A stretch of 64,000 bases of DNA from Dudresnaya verticillata (GCA_977862235.1 OZ374561.1:1798001-1862000), one strand, 5' to 3'. Positions 31,798-44,527 are shown, counted from the first letter of the stretch. Translations and numbers: made by a program. The notes: a model not told the origin generated them from the sequence alone.

Positions 31798-32310
31798 TCG
31801 CTCGAGCGATGCTTATGGGCGACACGACGCCAGTCGTCGACGCAAACGTTTTGGCTACGAGACAAAGGAGAAACGCTCCCGCGCGCTGCGCAGCACGGCA
31901 GAAAGACGCGCCCGAACACGACGCGCGTCGTCGCGAAGAGACTAGGGTGAAGAAGGGCGGAAGAGTGATGAAGGAGGAGGGCAGACTCGCAGGAGTGTTG
32001 AGGTTGAGTGTCGAGTCGGGGGATGACCGAGAGTGCGAAATGGGCACAGTCGGCTCCGCGCCGAGTTTGAAATAGACGCCCCGTCTGGCGGGTCGCGTTG
32101 TCGATACCAGTCGTGGCGCCAAAAGCGAGCCACCGACGACGGCTGTCGCCGGGCTGATCTGGCGCAGGCGCCGACGACCGTTCGTGGAGGCTTCTAGAAA
32201 GCCAGAAATACCGCGCTTGGCTGGGCCAATCCTTTCAACGAGATTGCATATCTCAACGGTCGGAACAGTTGGAAACAGCATTGCTGTACTGAGCGGGGTC
32301 GCTCAGTTTT

Positions 32311-32322
32311 AAGAAGGGGCCG
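32311..32322 (+). promoter_or_regulatory. Gypsy polypurine tract
   Basis: AAGAAGGGGCCG directly before the 3' LTR. Confidence 0.7.
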
Positions 32323-32947
32323 TGTGGAATAATGAGCGCCCGAGCGCTGTAAGCACACACGTGTACAGACGACGCCTGTAAGGCGTGCGGCGCCCGAGGG
32401 CACGATGGTTGAGATGGCTGATTATCATTGGTTGATTAATCCTGGTCACCCATATTTTTGGCATGGCGCGCCAGACAGCGGCGCGCCTGTACCTCGTAGT
32501 GGTACTACCACTCATTCCTATCATTGGATTGTAATCCACCATTCAGTGTACAGTATTAGGTAACTGTCATTATTATAACTCTAACTTAGAGTGGGTAGCA
32601 TTTCCGGCTTCCCGCCGTATTTAATGGGCCCCTGAGTAGCAGGGGCCCCGCACTAAACCGGTAGCGGTGTGTACTTTGGGCTGTACCCATTTTCTGGTCT
32701 TCCTACGGTGCCACCGTGTTTCCCTTGCCTTGGGCGTCTACAAGCCCTATCGTGTACGACGATTGCTCTACGCTGTAGGGTTCGCCTTCCCTTTTTCTTT
32801 GTTTCTGGGTATTACACCCACTACAAGTCTCTACCACCCCCCTTTTCCCTTTTCCTTTGAGCTACCGCCCACCGTGAGTGTGTGTCCCCAGGACAGCTGT
32901 CGCGCCGTTTTATCGCCGACTACCTGGCCAAGGGCCATTCTACTACA
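32323..32947 (+). repeat. Gypsy 3' LTR (625 bp)
   Basis: By eye it differs from the 5' LTR by one substitution near the start and a 4-nt indel near the end. Confidence 0.95.
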
Positions 32948-32952
32948 GCCAA

Positions 32953-33479
32953 GCCGCACTCCGACGAGAACTAGCAGCCGCTGCGGACTCCGAATCAGAT
33001 GCTTCCTCTGACAGCCTGTCCGAAACGCCTCTAATCGAAACACAGGCTCAACTGGCATTTGATTCAGACTCCAGTTCATCCCGAGCTCAAGCTTCTTCAT
33101 CGACTGCGCCCCCCCTTCTCGAAAACTGCGATCTATATCTGCTACCGCCGCTGCCTCCATTCTGCGCACGGCCGAAAGTCGTATTAAGCGTAAGCGACGC
33201 GCTCCCAAACCACCGAGTCATCACTGCTTAGTGTGTAAGCGCCCCTTCATTACGAAGCACCAGCTTACGGTTCATCAAGGAGGGAAGCCGCACCAACGCA
33301 TGGTTACAGCAGAGCGCGATCGAGCCCGTGGAGGATACTCGTGCAAGCCCTGTGACCTTAAATTTACAAGCAAGCACGACTTCGACAGCCATCAACGCGG
33401 AAGGAAGCACCGTTCAAGACTCTCTAAGATTCAGATCAACGACCTCACGAAGAGCCTGGAAGCCAATAGGGCAAAGTAA
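32953..33479 (+). pseudogene. 3' part of a Copia pre-gag ORF with JAZ/matrin-type C2H2 zinc fingers (5' part at ~18600-18800)
   Basis: HCLVCKRPFITKHQLTVHQGGKPH and YSCKPCDLKFTSKHDFDSHQRGRKH. One frameshift, probably at the C7 run (33109-33115). Frame joins across the Gypsy insertion. Confidence 0.75.
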
Positions 33480-33523
33480 TTAGAAAAACAAACCCGCCCC
33501 AAAGTAGAAATTGTATCAAAAAA

Positions 33524-35105
33524 ATGGTTAACGTTACGCTTGCATCTGTACGAAACATGCTTAATACGTACAAGCCGAGCTCACACGAGCAACTGGACTT
33601 GAAAGCCGCATTAGCAGTACATATCAATGCAGACCCTCAACAATCTAATGAGGAAATAATTACTTCTCTACGTGAAGATTTCCCAATAGAAACTCTATAC
33701 ACGAGAGCAACTATCAAAGGGCCGGCTACATTGTTCCGTGTTTTCAGAGACTATCTTACGCTCAAGGGTCTACGCTATCAACAGCACCCTCAAAATAACA
33801 GGATTGCATATGGACTGCCCGCAATGTTCTACGAAAATGAGGATGAACAAAATAGAGCCATTGCTCTTCTGGTATCGGCTAGCTCTCAAACAGCCAGCAC
33901 TCCACGCTGGGAACTGCCGAGACAACTTCACAAGGCAGCCACACCATAGCCCCCATGATGGACGTCAAGCGACTAGCTCACAATATTGCGACCAGATTCC
34001 GAAACAGTGACAAATTTACTGGGAAATTAGGAGAAGACTTATCAGAGCATATCAATAACTATCTCGATGCTGCTAGAGACTATGGGCTAGACAACGCACA
34101 AAAACTACAGTTCTTTCACAATATTTTTTTGATGGGGAAGCCAAGCGCTTCTATAGAGATAAGGTAGTCGGTGTTTGCGACGTTTTTGGAAGTGCCGTTG
34201 GCACCATGCAGCGGGAATTTAACAATGCCACGAGGCAAAATCGTGTTCGAAAACACCTACAAAGCCTCCGACTAAATTCCATCGTGAAATCGCAAAAGTG
34301 CACGATTACCGAAGCTCTGGAAGAACTTCGAGAAACAATTACAAAATTTACGCCCCAGGGCCCTATTACGCACCGTTCAGAGGAGGACAAAGTCGAATAC
34401 CTCTACAAAGCCGTTGTTGGTGCTACTTGGGCTAAAACCCCACTCTCCAGTGCACAGTCCGCTAGCCCTCCTTGGGACTTCCAACAATTATATACCGCCC
34501 TCGATGCAGCTTGGTTGCAGGAGCAAGAAGAAGAGGAAGGTTGGAAAAAGGACGGCAACTCTCCAAAATATTCACCACCAGCAGATGGAAATATTCCAGG
34601 CCTTTATTATCAAGGACAAGGCACTTACGGCAAAGCACGCCGACCGGGTTCAAGGTCGTCTGTTCCGAGAAACTATCAACCATCACGACCTCCTCGTGGT
34701 ACAGACAATAGTACAGGACAGAACGGCACGGATAAGTTTGGTCAACCCCGTAAATGCCATAATTGTGGCAGTAAAGACCATTTTATAAGGCAGTGCAAGG
34801 AACCTAAAAACCTCCTCCGCAATATCGGTCGAATGATCAAACACAATCCCCAAAATTCTGGTCGAGTCTTATATGAATTATGCCTTCAAGTAGAAGATGC
34901 ACTTTTTAGTAGTGACGAAGAAGCCTTCAATGAGTTTTTTGCTGATACACCCAGTGCAAACGAAGATTCATCAGCATCAGAGCCGGAAAGTGCGAACCAA
35001 GATGAAAGCATTACAAACTTCCATACAAGAGTAGCAAACACAACAAAAAATTACCCTCCCGCTTCAATGGGCTTAACAAGCCTACTTGATCCCGAGGATT
35101 TTTAG
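33524..35105 (+). pseudogene. gag: Copia gag, broken by two frameshifts (~33900-33950 and ~34125)
   Basis: KFTGKLGEDL... capsid-like region and knuckle CHNCGSKDHFIRQC. Confidence 0.8.
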
Positions 35106-38100
35106 ATGGAGACGGCTATGTTCACCGACGAAATATGCGACCTCAGGAAATAAGTCCATTTTTCGAGACCGTCCTCCGAAAAAAGAGGTGCCGAATGAAG
35201 AAACCCACTACGAGATCCACTGCCGCCACATTATGGAGAAAAAGAAGAAAAGCAACAAAACCTCCTTCAAAAACGAACCAATTCAAGGTCCTAGAAACCA
35301 CCATCCAAGATATCTATTTGAGTCAAACCTCAAAACAGGATACATGGAACGGCGGTTGCGTTGACACAGACGCACAGCGCACTGTTATCGGATTTCGTCA
35401 AGCCAAGGCTTATTGTAGATATATGGGTATTAAGTTTAAACCCAAGAAAAATAGCAATCGCTACAGGTTTGGTGAGGGCGAACAAAAATCAATTGGGTCA
35501 ATCCCAATCAGAATACCCCTCACGGACAAATACTTCGCGATGATAGACGTAGACATAGTGCCTGCAAATGTACCTTTTCTCATCGGAATAGATATTATGG
35601 ACTCCATCGGCATCTACGTGGACACGGTAGAGAACAAAATACGCTGTCCAAAAGGAAAATGGAGCATCCCTGTCGTTAGGAAACTCGGACATGTATACTT
35701 GGAATGGACTAATACTGATCACATTCTATTTACTAAGTCAGAACTCATCCGATTACACAGGGGATTCCAACACCCCGCGGCAGACAAACTATATAACCTC
35801 CTGAAACGTGCAAGACCCAATGAGATGAATCAGGGCACTAAGGATATCCTCACGGATATTGCAAAATCATGTGATACTTGCCAACGACTCGGACCAAAAC
35901 CCCTTAGCTTTAAGGTCAAAATGCCACACTCAGATGATTTAGTGTTTGGCGCAGAGCTTTCATTGGACCTCATGTTCCTAGACTCAAAAGCAGTACTCCA
36001 TGTTGTGGATACGGCTACCCGTTTTTCCGCCGCAACTTTTCTAGATGCACATTCAATGGAATACGGACAAAGCTTGGAAGGAATCTGGCTTGCATTTATT
36101 GAGATATGGTGTACCATATATACTGGATACCCCAACAAAATGAAAGCCGACTCAGGTTCCGTTTTTACCTCCCCTAGATGGAAGGAACTGACTAAAACAG
36201 CCGGTATCGAACTGCAAATATCAGGAGTACAAGCTCACCATTCACTCGGTATTGGTGAACGAATGCATGCCCCACTCAGACGAATCTACGAAAAGGTACG
36301 ACTCAACCATCCCAATCATCCACCAGTTACCACTCTTAAGCTTGCCGTTAAAGCTATGAATGATACCATTGGCGAAAATGGACTGGTACCCTCCCTTCTC
36401 GCGTTTGGAATACTACCTCGTTTCCCCATTGTTAATTCCGAAATGCTTTCGCAACAAGAGCGTTTGAACGTCTTAACAGAAGCTCGAAGAGAAATGAACA
36501 CCATTATTGCCGAACGCAGAGTACTAGCTGCACTTCAACGCAGAATCCCATTGGCTGCGGACCGCATCTACCTACCTGGTCATATCACGAGAAGACAGGA
36601 AACGTCACAAATGGTTTGGCCCGTACTCGGTCATTGATTTTGATTTTGATGGCAAGATGGTCACTATCAAAAATAGTCATACGCAATTAGAGGAGAAATA
36701 CAGCAGTTCTCAAGTCAAGCCATACTATCGGGAAGCCCCTCCTCAAAACAATGATATACAACCCGAAGAATTCTTCCAAGACCTTTTTAGCATATTCCGC
36801 TCCAGTTCTCGGCCCACTCCCCCACCATTTACTGTCCAAATAAACGAGGTAATCAAACCAGAAGACAAACGTTCTAGCGATCATCGCTTCGAGATTGAAA
36901 AGAAAAAGGAAATACAAGGTCTCATTAATCGGGGAACTTGGAAACTCGTCATGAGTAAGGATGTAGACCCAGGAGCAAATATATTAGGCGGAAGGTTCGT
37001 TTTGGCTATCAAAGATGAAGGGACAGACCAGGAAGTCTGGAAGGCCCGATTTGTTGTCCAAGGACACCGAGATCGAATGAAAAGATACTTAGTACATGAT
37101 ACTGCTACTACTAGACAACATTCCACCAGAATGTTAATTGGCCTAGCCGCCATATTTGGCTTCCGACTATTCTCAACGGACGTCACGCAAGCTTATCTAC
37201 AAAGTGCAGAGAAACTAATGCGTGATGTATATATCAAACCCTCAGACGAATTCGAACTCGGAGAAGGCACACTATTGAAATTACTGAAACCCCTCTACAG
37301 ACTTGCCGACAGTGGCGACTACTGGGGCAAAACACTGCACGATCACCTGCAAAAGGAACTAGGAATGGAACCCACCACTCTAGATGGCGCATTTTTCTTC
37401 AAACTGCTAAATAAGAAGTTATCCGGAATGTGCATCACCTATGTTGATGACTTTCTCCAAGCCGGGGATAATAATTTCAAGCGTCACGCCCGAAAAACGG
37501 AAGAGCGCTTCCAGTGCCGAAAAAGGGTTTACGAAAATTTTCAGTTCCTGGGTATGGAGGTTGAAACAATAGGGTCAGAGTTTCGCATAAACCAACGGAA
37601 ATACATGTCCAAGCTAACATTGCTTCATCAACACGTAAGCTTCAAGGATTATCGTTCTTTACGCGCAAAATTAAGCTGGGTCACGTATACGAGACCAGAT
37701 ATAGCATTTGCGGTAGCTCAGAGCGCACAAGTTACAGAGGTTTGATTTGACAAGGACTCAAGTCTCCACATCAAGAGTCTAAATGCAGTTATACGCCACT
37801 TACGAAAACACCCGGATTTATCACTCAGATATCCCAAGCTGGATACGATTTCACTACGTGTACAGGTCTACTCAGATGCATCTTATGGCAACAATTACGA
37901 CGAAACATCACAACTTGGATATATCATCTTCTTGACCGACCGCTCTAAAACATGCCAACCAATTTACTGGTCTTCCCACAAATCTAAAAGAGTAAACCGA
38001 TCAGTTCTAGGGAGTGAAACAATGGCACTTGCAGACGCATTTGATATGGCTTTCGCAATCAGAAACGATCTACAAAACATGATGAAACAGTATATTCCAA

Positions 38101-38462
38101 TCGTCATGTTAATCAATAGTCTCTCTCTATTTGATGTCATCACGAAAGCTACTTTAACAGCCGAAAAGCGCCTCATGATAGACCTAAAGGTCGTGAAAAG
38201 CGCTTATAAGAGTAATGAACTCGCTCAAGTTGGCTTCATCAGATCACAGTTCAATCCTGCAGATGGACTAACCAAGAAAGGCGAGTGTGAGATTCTACTC
38301 CGAATACTCAACACCGCGATCTTAGACCATCCGACCAAACAATGGATTGAAAGGTCTGATCATGGTTTGTTTAGCAAAAAGGTTTCTGGGAGTGTTGGAA
38401 TGCAGCCGCAAGAGAGCGCGCCGCAAGAGAAATTAAAATCAAACGTCGGTTTATTGCGTTAA
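35096..38462 (+). pseudogene. pol: Copia pol (PR-IN-RT-RH), defective
   Basis: Protease site DTDA (DTGA expected), LHRGFQHP..CDTC, KARFVVQG, YVDD, DASY..ADGLTK. Frameshift near 36580 and in-frame TGA at 37743. Confidence 0.9.
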
Positions 38463-38724
38463 GTAAGGGATATAGGAAGACTGTCAGCTAGCTAAAACAA
38501 ACCATAGTTAGGAATAGAGAGATAGGATAGAATTGCCTGGCAAAACGAAAGCGTATATAAGCCGCCGTCGCGCGGCAACTTGGACTAAAGAGGCAGACAA
38601 AAAACCCAACCGAAACCAGCAAGCCGCTCACGACAGCCTGTCCCCTAACCAAACCAACACACGATACGCCCATTTTGAGTGGCGTGTGTGTACTACTCAC
38701 ACCACCCCCTTGTTTTTAGCGACA
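38393..38724 (+). repeat. Copia 3' LTR (332 bp)
   Basis: TGTTGG...GCGACA followed by TSD ATCCG. Confidence 0.95.
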
Positions 38725-41689
38725 ATCCGATGCCATTACCTTGACCTGCATCCGCCGCCATTGCCTTCACATGCATCCGCCGCCATTACACCACCGACAG
38801 ACATGACTGTGTTGACCATACGCATATGCGTACAGTACAGTCTGGTACACACAGTAGGGTTCGCATCCACAAACCGCTTATCCAAGTACTGTATTGTACT
38901 TACTATCTGTAGTAAAGGCAGCGCGACCCGGCCAGACGGTAAGCTCTAAAGGGAGTAACATAACATGTTAGGGGACTGGCCTTGCCACCATCGAGCCCGA
39001 TTCAAATCCTTCAACCGCGACACCAGGATCCGACAGCTCAAGAACCAGAGGTTGTCACACCAGTACTGTGCACGTGGACATTCATGTCACGAAGGGTCGC
39101 ACACCTAATACAACCAATAAAAGTTTACCATCACTTCCTCTTGTTTTTCTCAAAGTGAGAACCTCTCATACATGTTGTTCGTTTGCAAACACAAGCGGTG
39201 TGACTGACTTCACGGAAAACGGAACATCGCATGCATATATGTGTGATGCAAGTACGAAAAGCCACAGAGTAAATTGACTATTGAAGATGCTTTCTTCTGG
39301 ATACTCTAGTTAGGTCCAGCTAGCGAACCTTTCATAGAAGGTGTATGTATCACAACTACAGAAAATCGTTTGTATCACAACTACAGAAAATCAAGTGTGG
39401 GCCACAAGTGTTGGCCACACTTGTAGTTTCCACAGCATGGACGTTCCAAATGAGACTTTCCTCGAAGAAGACACAACAGGATTTGCATCATGACAGCTTT
39501 TCACGAAGTTGTTGGGGGCTAAAGTTAATGACGACAATCAAAGCCGAAATAAATCTCGTCATCCTTGCGAGAGCTCGGGTCATATCATTTTCTACAACTG
39601 ACGACTTGTTGCTTTGTCGACAAAAATCTTGCAGCCCAAAGCCTCGATCCTTATTGCTAACACACAACATAATATTGGGCAATGTTAACAATCAATGCTT
39701 ACTGGATAGGCTATCAATTCTAGCCTTCGAAGGGTAGCACATGCAAAAAGCATATCTGTACCGACATCTATCGGAATACACTTTTCTCGCTCTTGCTCTC
39801 CATTGTCCAGTAGTCCATGAATGTAAAATGTCCATTGCGAACATGGACGTGGTAAACTGGTAGGGCAGAAGCCTCATGCTGCAAATTTGCACATTCACGC
39901 ACACCATGTGCTTACCAAGCGCCTACCAAGTGCCTACCAAGGGGAGCTGTACAGGGCACATGACTTTTGATGTGTTGCATCCATGGTGATGATGGAAAGA
40001 TCATCTTTCCGCGAGACGGAAAGCCTCATTCATCGCAGAAAATGGCCACAGCCCACCCCAATCTATAGGCTCCATGCCATGCAGTTCATGTTGAGCGATT
40101 GAAATTGGTGTCCAATAGTGTCATACGAGGTAGGACCTGAAATGCGTGCCGTCCTCATGCAGTGGAAGCCAGTGTAGCCTCTTCATTCGTTAGCTGTACC
40201 CGACTTGAATTAGTTCGCCTGCTTGCAACGGTTTTGGGACTTTTCCAGTGCTACACTTTCACAAAGAACTGTTCAAGAACGTCCGCAGATTCGGTCTGAA
40301 TTTTTTCCCGCCTTCGACCAGAACCGCATTTGCTTCATGCCTCCGACAGCTTTGCAACTTCTGTGTTCGTCTCCATGTAACCGGATCATGTTTTATAATG
40401 TTGCAGATATATAGCGGAGAGTGCATCTCCACACGGGGTGGACGAAGTCTGCTGACCCATGTGTTGAAGCACCAAAACCAAGTTATACTGTACTGCTGTG
40501 TGGTACATAAACAAGGTAGCTGTTGAAGTGTCGTTTACATACAGTACAATAGGACATGCTGCAGACTTACCGTGAATGCACGCACGGCAGAGGTCACATC
40601 TATCCGCTATCCTTGAGCTCTTCGAATTCGCACTGCAATGTTTATGAACGCTCCGTTTGAGCACCAAAGAATGCAAGTTTGCAAGGAAGACATGCGCACT
40701 CGCAAAAATTCCAATCTACAACCTTTCCGTTGATTTGCTCTCGCTGTTGACATGACCCAGAGGGTCCTCAGGATTCGCGAACAAATCATCACATCCCATT
40801 GCCGGGATTCATGTTCGGGGCGGTTTTCCTGAAGGATATGAGGCGAAGTATCCTGCTCAGGGTGACTTTGTGAGTAAACAGAGAAGCACGGGGATCCCAG
40901 TAACCATTGCGTTGCAGTGGAGTCCCGGTAACATCAACCCCTGATAAGCGCAACCACGCGTTTGCTGCAACCGAACCCCATCCACCGTTTTGGTTCCTGT
41001 CCAAAAATAACTAAGAAACAGGATTGTTGCAAATCCCGTTTGCTGCAACGGTCGAAGACGATGCTTCAAAGTCAAAACAGCTCTTTTTACCTCTAATGAC
41101 CGCGTACGATGCAGTACTGTTGTGCTTGTCAGTGCTGTACGGTACAGCTGGTACAGCACAGGACAAATTAAAGCACGGGGTACTGTACTACGAAAGTTTT
41201 GATGCCTCCCGCTCTAGTGCAAAGCAACCCCCCGATAATTGCAACAGGACCCCATCTCCCGATTGGTTACAGTTATCGGGACTCAACTGTACCCAGTCCG
41301 GGGGCCAGGGGGAGAGAAGAAACATTACAGTACAGCAGTGCAGTGCCCATCATCGTGCTTTATCTAGTTCTGTCAGCATACAGTACCAAGCGAGAGTGAC
41401 CAGCAATGAGCCAAGAAATCTGGCTTCGGTCGCTAGAGAGAGACCGAGGTCTTTCCTTCCTTGGGCTTGTTCCATATTGACAAGGGTGGCATCAGCTGTT
41501 GACGTCAACGGTTAAAAGCAACCAAGGCCGAGCGGAATTTGAAGTCAACAGCTCAGCTGCGATGGCTTGAGATGAAGATGGTTACTCGTTGCTCCACACA
41601 CTCAAGAGCAAGAATCACCATCGATCGTACGTGATGGTTGGGACCACTATCGTTGCCTCCTGGTCACAGCGCTGAACGGGCTTGCGAAC

Positions 41690-43107
41690 CATTTCGGCAC
41701 TTGCTTGGGCCCCGAAGCAAGCAGGTCATTCGTTTCCCGTGCCTTGGTGGGATCGGCACCGCTGTCTACGGCTGCTCTCTAAGGTCTACGCTTTCGGTTC
41801 AGCTATGCAGTAGTCGCGAGTCATGTTCACACAATCGGGGGCTTTATGCAGGATGTCCCTCTTGGTTTGGCCGATCTTGCTGCGTAGCCTACAGCATTTC
41901 AATCTGTCTGGCTTGCTCTCGTCGGGCTCGGTTTGTGGTACTCTGTCGATATCTTCATGATCATAACTGGCTTTTGCAGCGCAGGATCCCTAGCGCGCAA
42001 CGCAGGCAACGGCGGTTGTGGTTCTCTGGAGAAGATTTGTCCCACTCCGTTCTTATCTGCTTGTCATTTGGCCAGTCGCTGGCTTCGCCTCGTCCCGCTG
42101 AAGCTCCTCCTGTCGTTTCTGGGAGCGTTAAGAGGCGATTCGATGTGCGTGCGTTGCGGGAACTGCTTTTCGTCAGTAACTGGTTCTGTCCCGAGGAGAG
42201 TGCCCCCGTGCTGTCAGAGACGTACATAATCCCTGGCTGGTCTCTCGTCGTAGATATGCATGCGCATTTATTTGTGGCTTTAGTCATTGTTATCTTGCCA
42301 TCATGGCAGCTCGCACATAACTCTGCTTGGCAGCTTTCGAAGGCTCAGTATATCACGGTTGGTTATGGATTGCATTCGGATCCCCTGGTTGAGTTGAAGT
42401 CGCTGCATTGGAATTTATCCCAAACGATGCAGCCAATGAAGAGTTCGCCCATCGCATGCTAATGACACCAGCCCGTATATGCTTGCACGGAAAACACAGA
42501 TACTTGAGTTTAGTCCCTGGTACTTCTCCCCTCAATACCAGTTTGGACCTGCTCTTCTTGGTAGTGCTCCTTGGAATACCATGAGCATGAATTGACCCAT
42601 TTGCAAACTTATTCAAAGAAGGTCGGCGCTTTCGCTATCAATATGGATGTACAGCCTTTCTCAGAGTGGATTGCGGCTTTGTTTTTCTGCACAGGGCGTC
42701 TTGCTGCGGTGACAACGGCAGCACTACTGATTGTGCTAACGTGCTCTTTTCATCAAGATGAACAATTGAGGGTAGGTTTAACGGGCCGGGTTCTGCAGAC
42801 GGTGCTAGGGAATCGCATTTTTGTGTTGCTTTCTCGACAAACTTTCGCAGTTTACCTGTGCCATATGATATTGGCGCCGTGTTTATCTATGATGAAGCCG
42901 GTACTCAGTAAGGAGAGCTATAGTTTGGAAATGGTTCTGTTGAATGGTTCGAAATGGTATATAGTGTCGCTTGTAATGTCGGTCCTTATTTGCACGTTTG
43001 AAGAGGCCTGTTTTGGTATTCGCAAGGCATTGCTACGAGCGTTCTTCCCGCTATCGAAGAATCGATCTATTGGAAATGAAACGGGAGGCAAAGGAAATAT
43101 TAAGTAA
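41690..43107 (+). pseudogene. Acyltransferase-3 (OafA/NRF-6-like) membrane protein, frameshifted
   Basis: Motifs split over frames: VDIFMIITGF, RWLRLVP, WSLVVDMH, LSRQTFAVYLCH. Boundaries approximate. Confidence 0.6.
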
Positions 43108-44527
43108 GGCTTCCTACGCCGTGTGTTACATATGCACCAGTGCAGGCAAGTTTTTGCCTACCGGTAAGAGTCCACAGGTCCTGTAGCGGGGAGTGTACTA
43201 GTCTGAGAAGGGCGGCGAGAGAGCTTGTCAGTCCGACAGAATTGGTCTTTGCCATTGGAATGCTCTCACTGGCTGGTGCAAATTGCAGAATCAGCATTCT
43301 CGATGGCAATTGGCCAACATGAAATATCTTTGCGCCTATCCGCCACCAAATCTCAGAAGTCATGACATTCAAACAGAGCCTTTGTTCCTTTCGAATAACA
43401 GTGAAAGTGAAGGTATGTCGAATGCTTTTTCTCTACGATTGGATGAGATGAGACAATGTTGCCTCAAATGTTCGGGAAGCTTTTCAAGCAGCTCTACCGG
43501 ACGGTACGCAGAATGGCCCTAAGGAAGATGACTCCTGGCTTACACCACCAATTCCAGCTGTGCTACAGAGTTTTTGTTGGCATCGGTCAAGGTTGTGGCC
43601 CGACGTATAGGCCATGTCTTGATACGGTACTATTGCAACCTTCTAGACGATATTTGGGTTAGGCGTGTCCATGAGTCATGAGTCATGGGCCATGACGCGG
43701 ATGGATAGCATTGAAGACAATCCGACTTTTCCGTGCTTCACTGCCCCGAGGCTTGCGACAACCCAGGACAGGTAGACTCAGAAGTGTTCGCATCTAAGGG
43801 CTCCATGCAGCGTCCAGTGATATTGACCTATATTCCAGCCACTATTTCGTCCTACAATGTCACTCAGCAAGAGCTTTCAGCCAGTGTCGTTCTCTTTTCG
43901 ATTGGTTCTTCTGCCGAGGGACGGAGGCACCAATAATGCACAACTAGGTGCACGACATATCCGGGATCCGGTAAGCACCTGGAATGCACATCCGCTTGCC
44001 GCATTGATATGTTTTAGTCGGGCCTGCTATGTCTACCTATCGCTGTTTTGCTTCGTGTGTGTTTGTTTCCAGACTCGGCCTGTTCTCAAGTCAACCCTTC
44101 TAGTGGGCCCTGACATGCTACGAAGTCTACCGTGGCGCACAACAGTTTGCCCAAATTCGGTTCGGTTCGTGGTTTACCTCTGTTGCACAGAAGAGTTAGC
44201 GCTGCGGGCAATGCTGGGCTTCTGCCGAATGTCAAACATTTTGTGTTGGTCAGAAGAGGTGAACATCAGGCACTTCTGATGCATTTGATTACCGCGACCA
44301 GTGCCGACCTTCCAAAAATGTATGGCCCAGTCTGCTCCCTGAGTTTTCCCACAATACGTTTACCACCTGCGCCCGATGAATATTCCGACTGTGGTGAACA
44401 CCTTGACACCGTCTGCATATAAGTATGTCTTAGCCGATGCAAGGGAAAGTCCGGCTTTTCGGTAGAACCTCAACCCATCTGCTCTACTTTCCATCAGTCC
44501 CCCTCTGTCAAACAGCGTTTGTGGAAC

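Larger units (their letters stand above)
18801..32947 (+). mobile_element. Ty3/Gypsy chromovirus LTR retrotransposon, 14.1 kb, young
   Basis: Near-identical LTRs; TSD GCCAA (18796-18800, 32948-32952); gag then PR-RT-RH-IN-chromodomain. Confidence 0.97.
17510..38724 (+). mobile_element. Ty1/Copia LTR retrotransposon (GalEa-like), defective, hosting nested insertions
   Basis: TG..CA LTRs of ~332 bp; TSD ATCCG at 17505-17509 and 38725-38729; domain order gag-PR-IN-RT-RH. Confidence 0.95.

Noticed and set aside
31556..32281. 241-aa antisense ORF upstream of the 758-aa ORF
   Set aside because: GC-rich low-complexity translation through tandem repeats with a non-ATG start; more likely leader sequence.
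40789..41004. TPLQRNG resembling a Ulp1 protease motif
   Set aside because: The catalytic DCG is absent and the match is too short.
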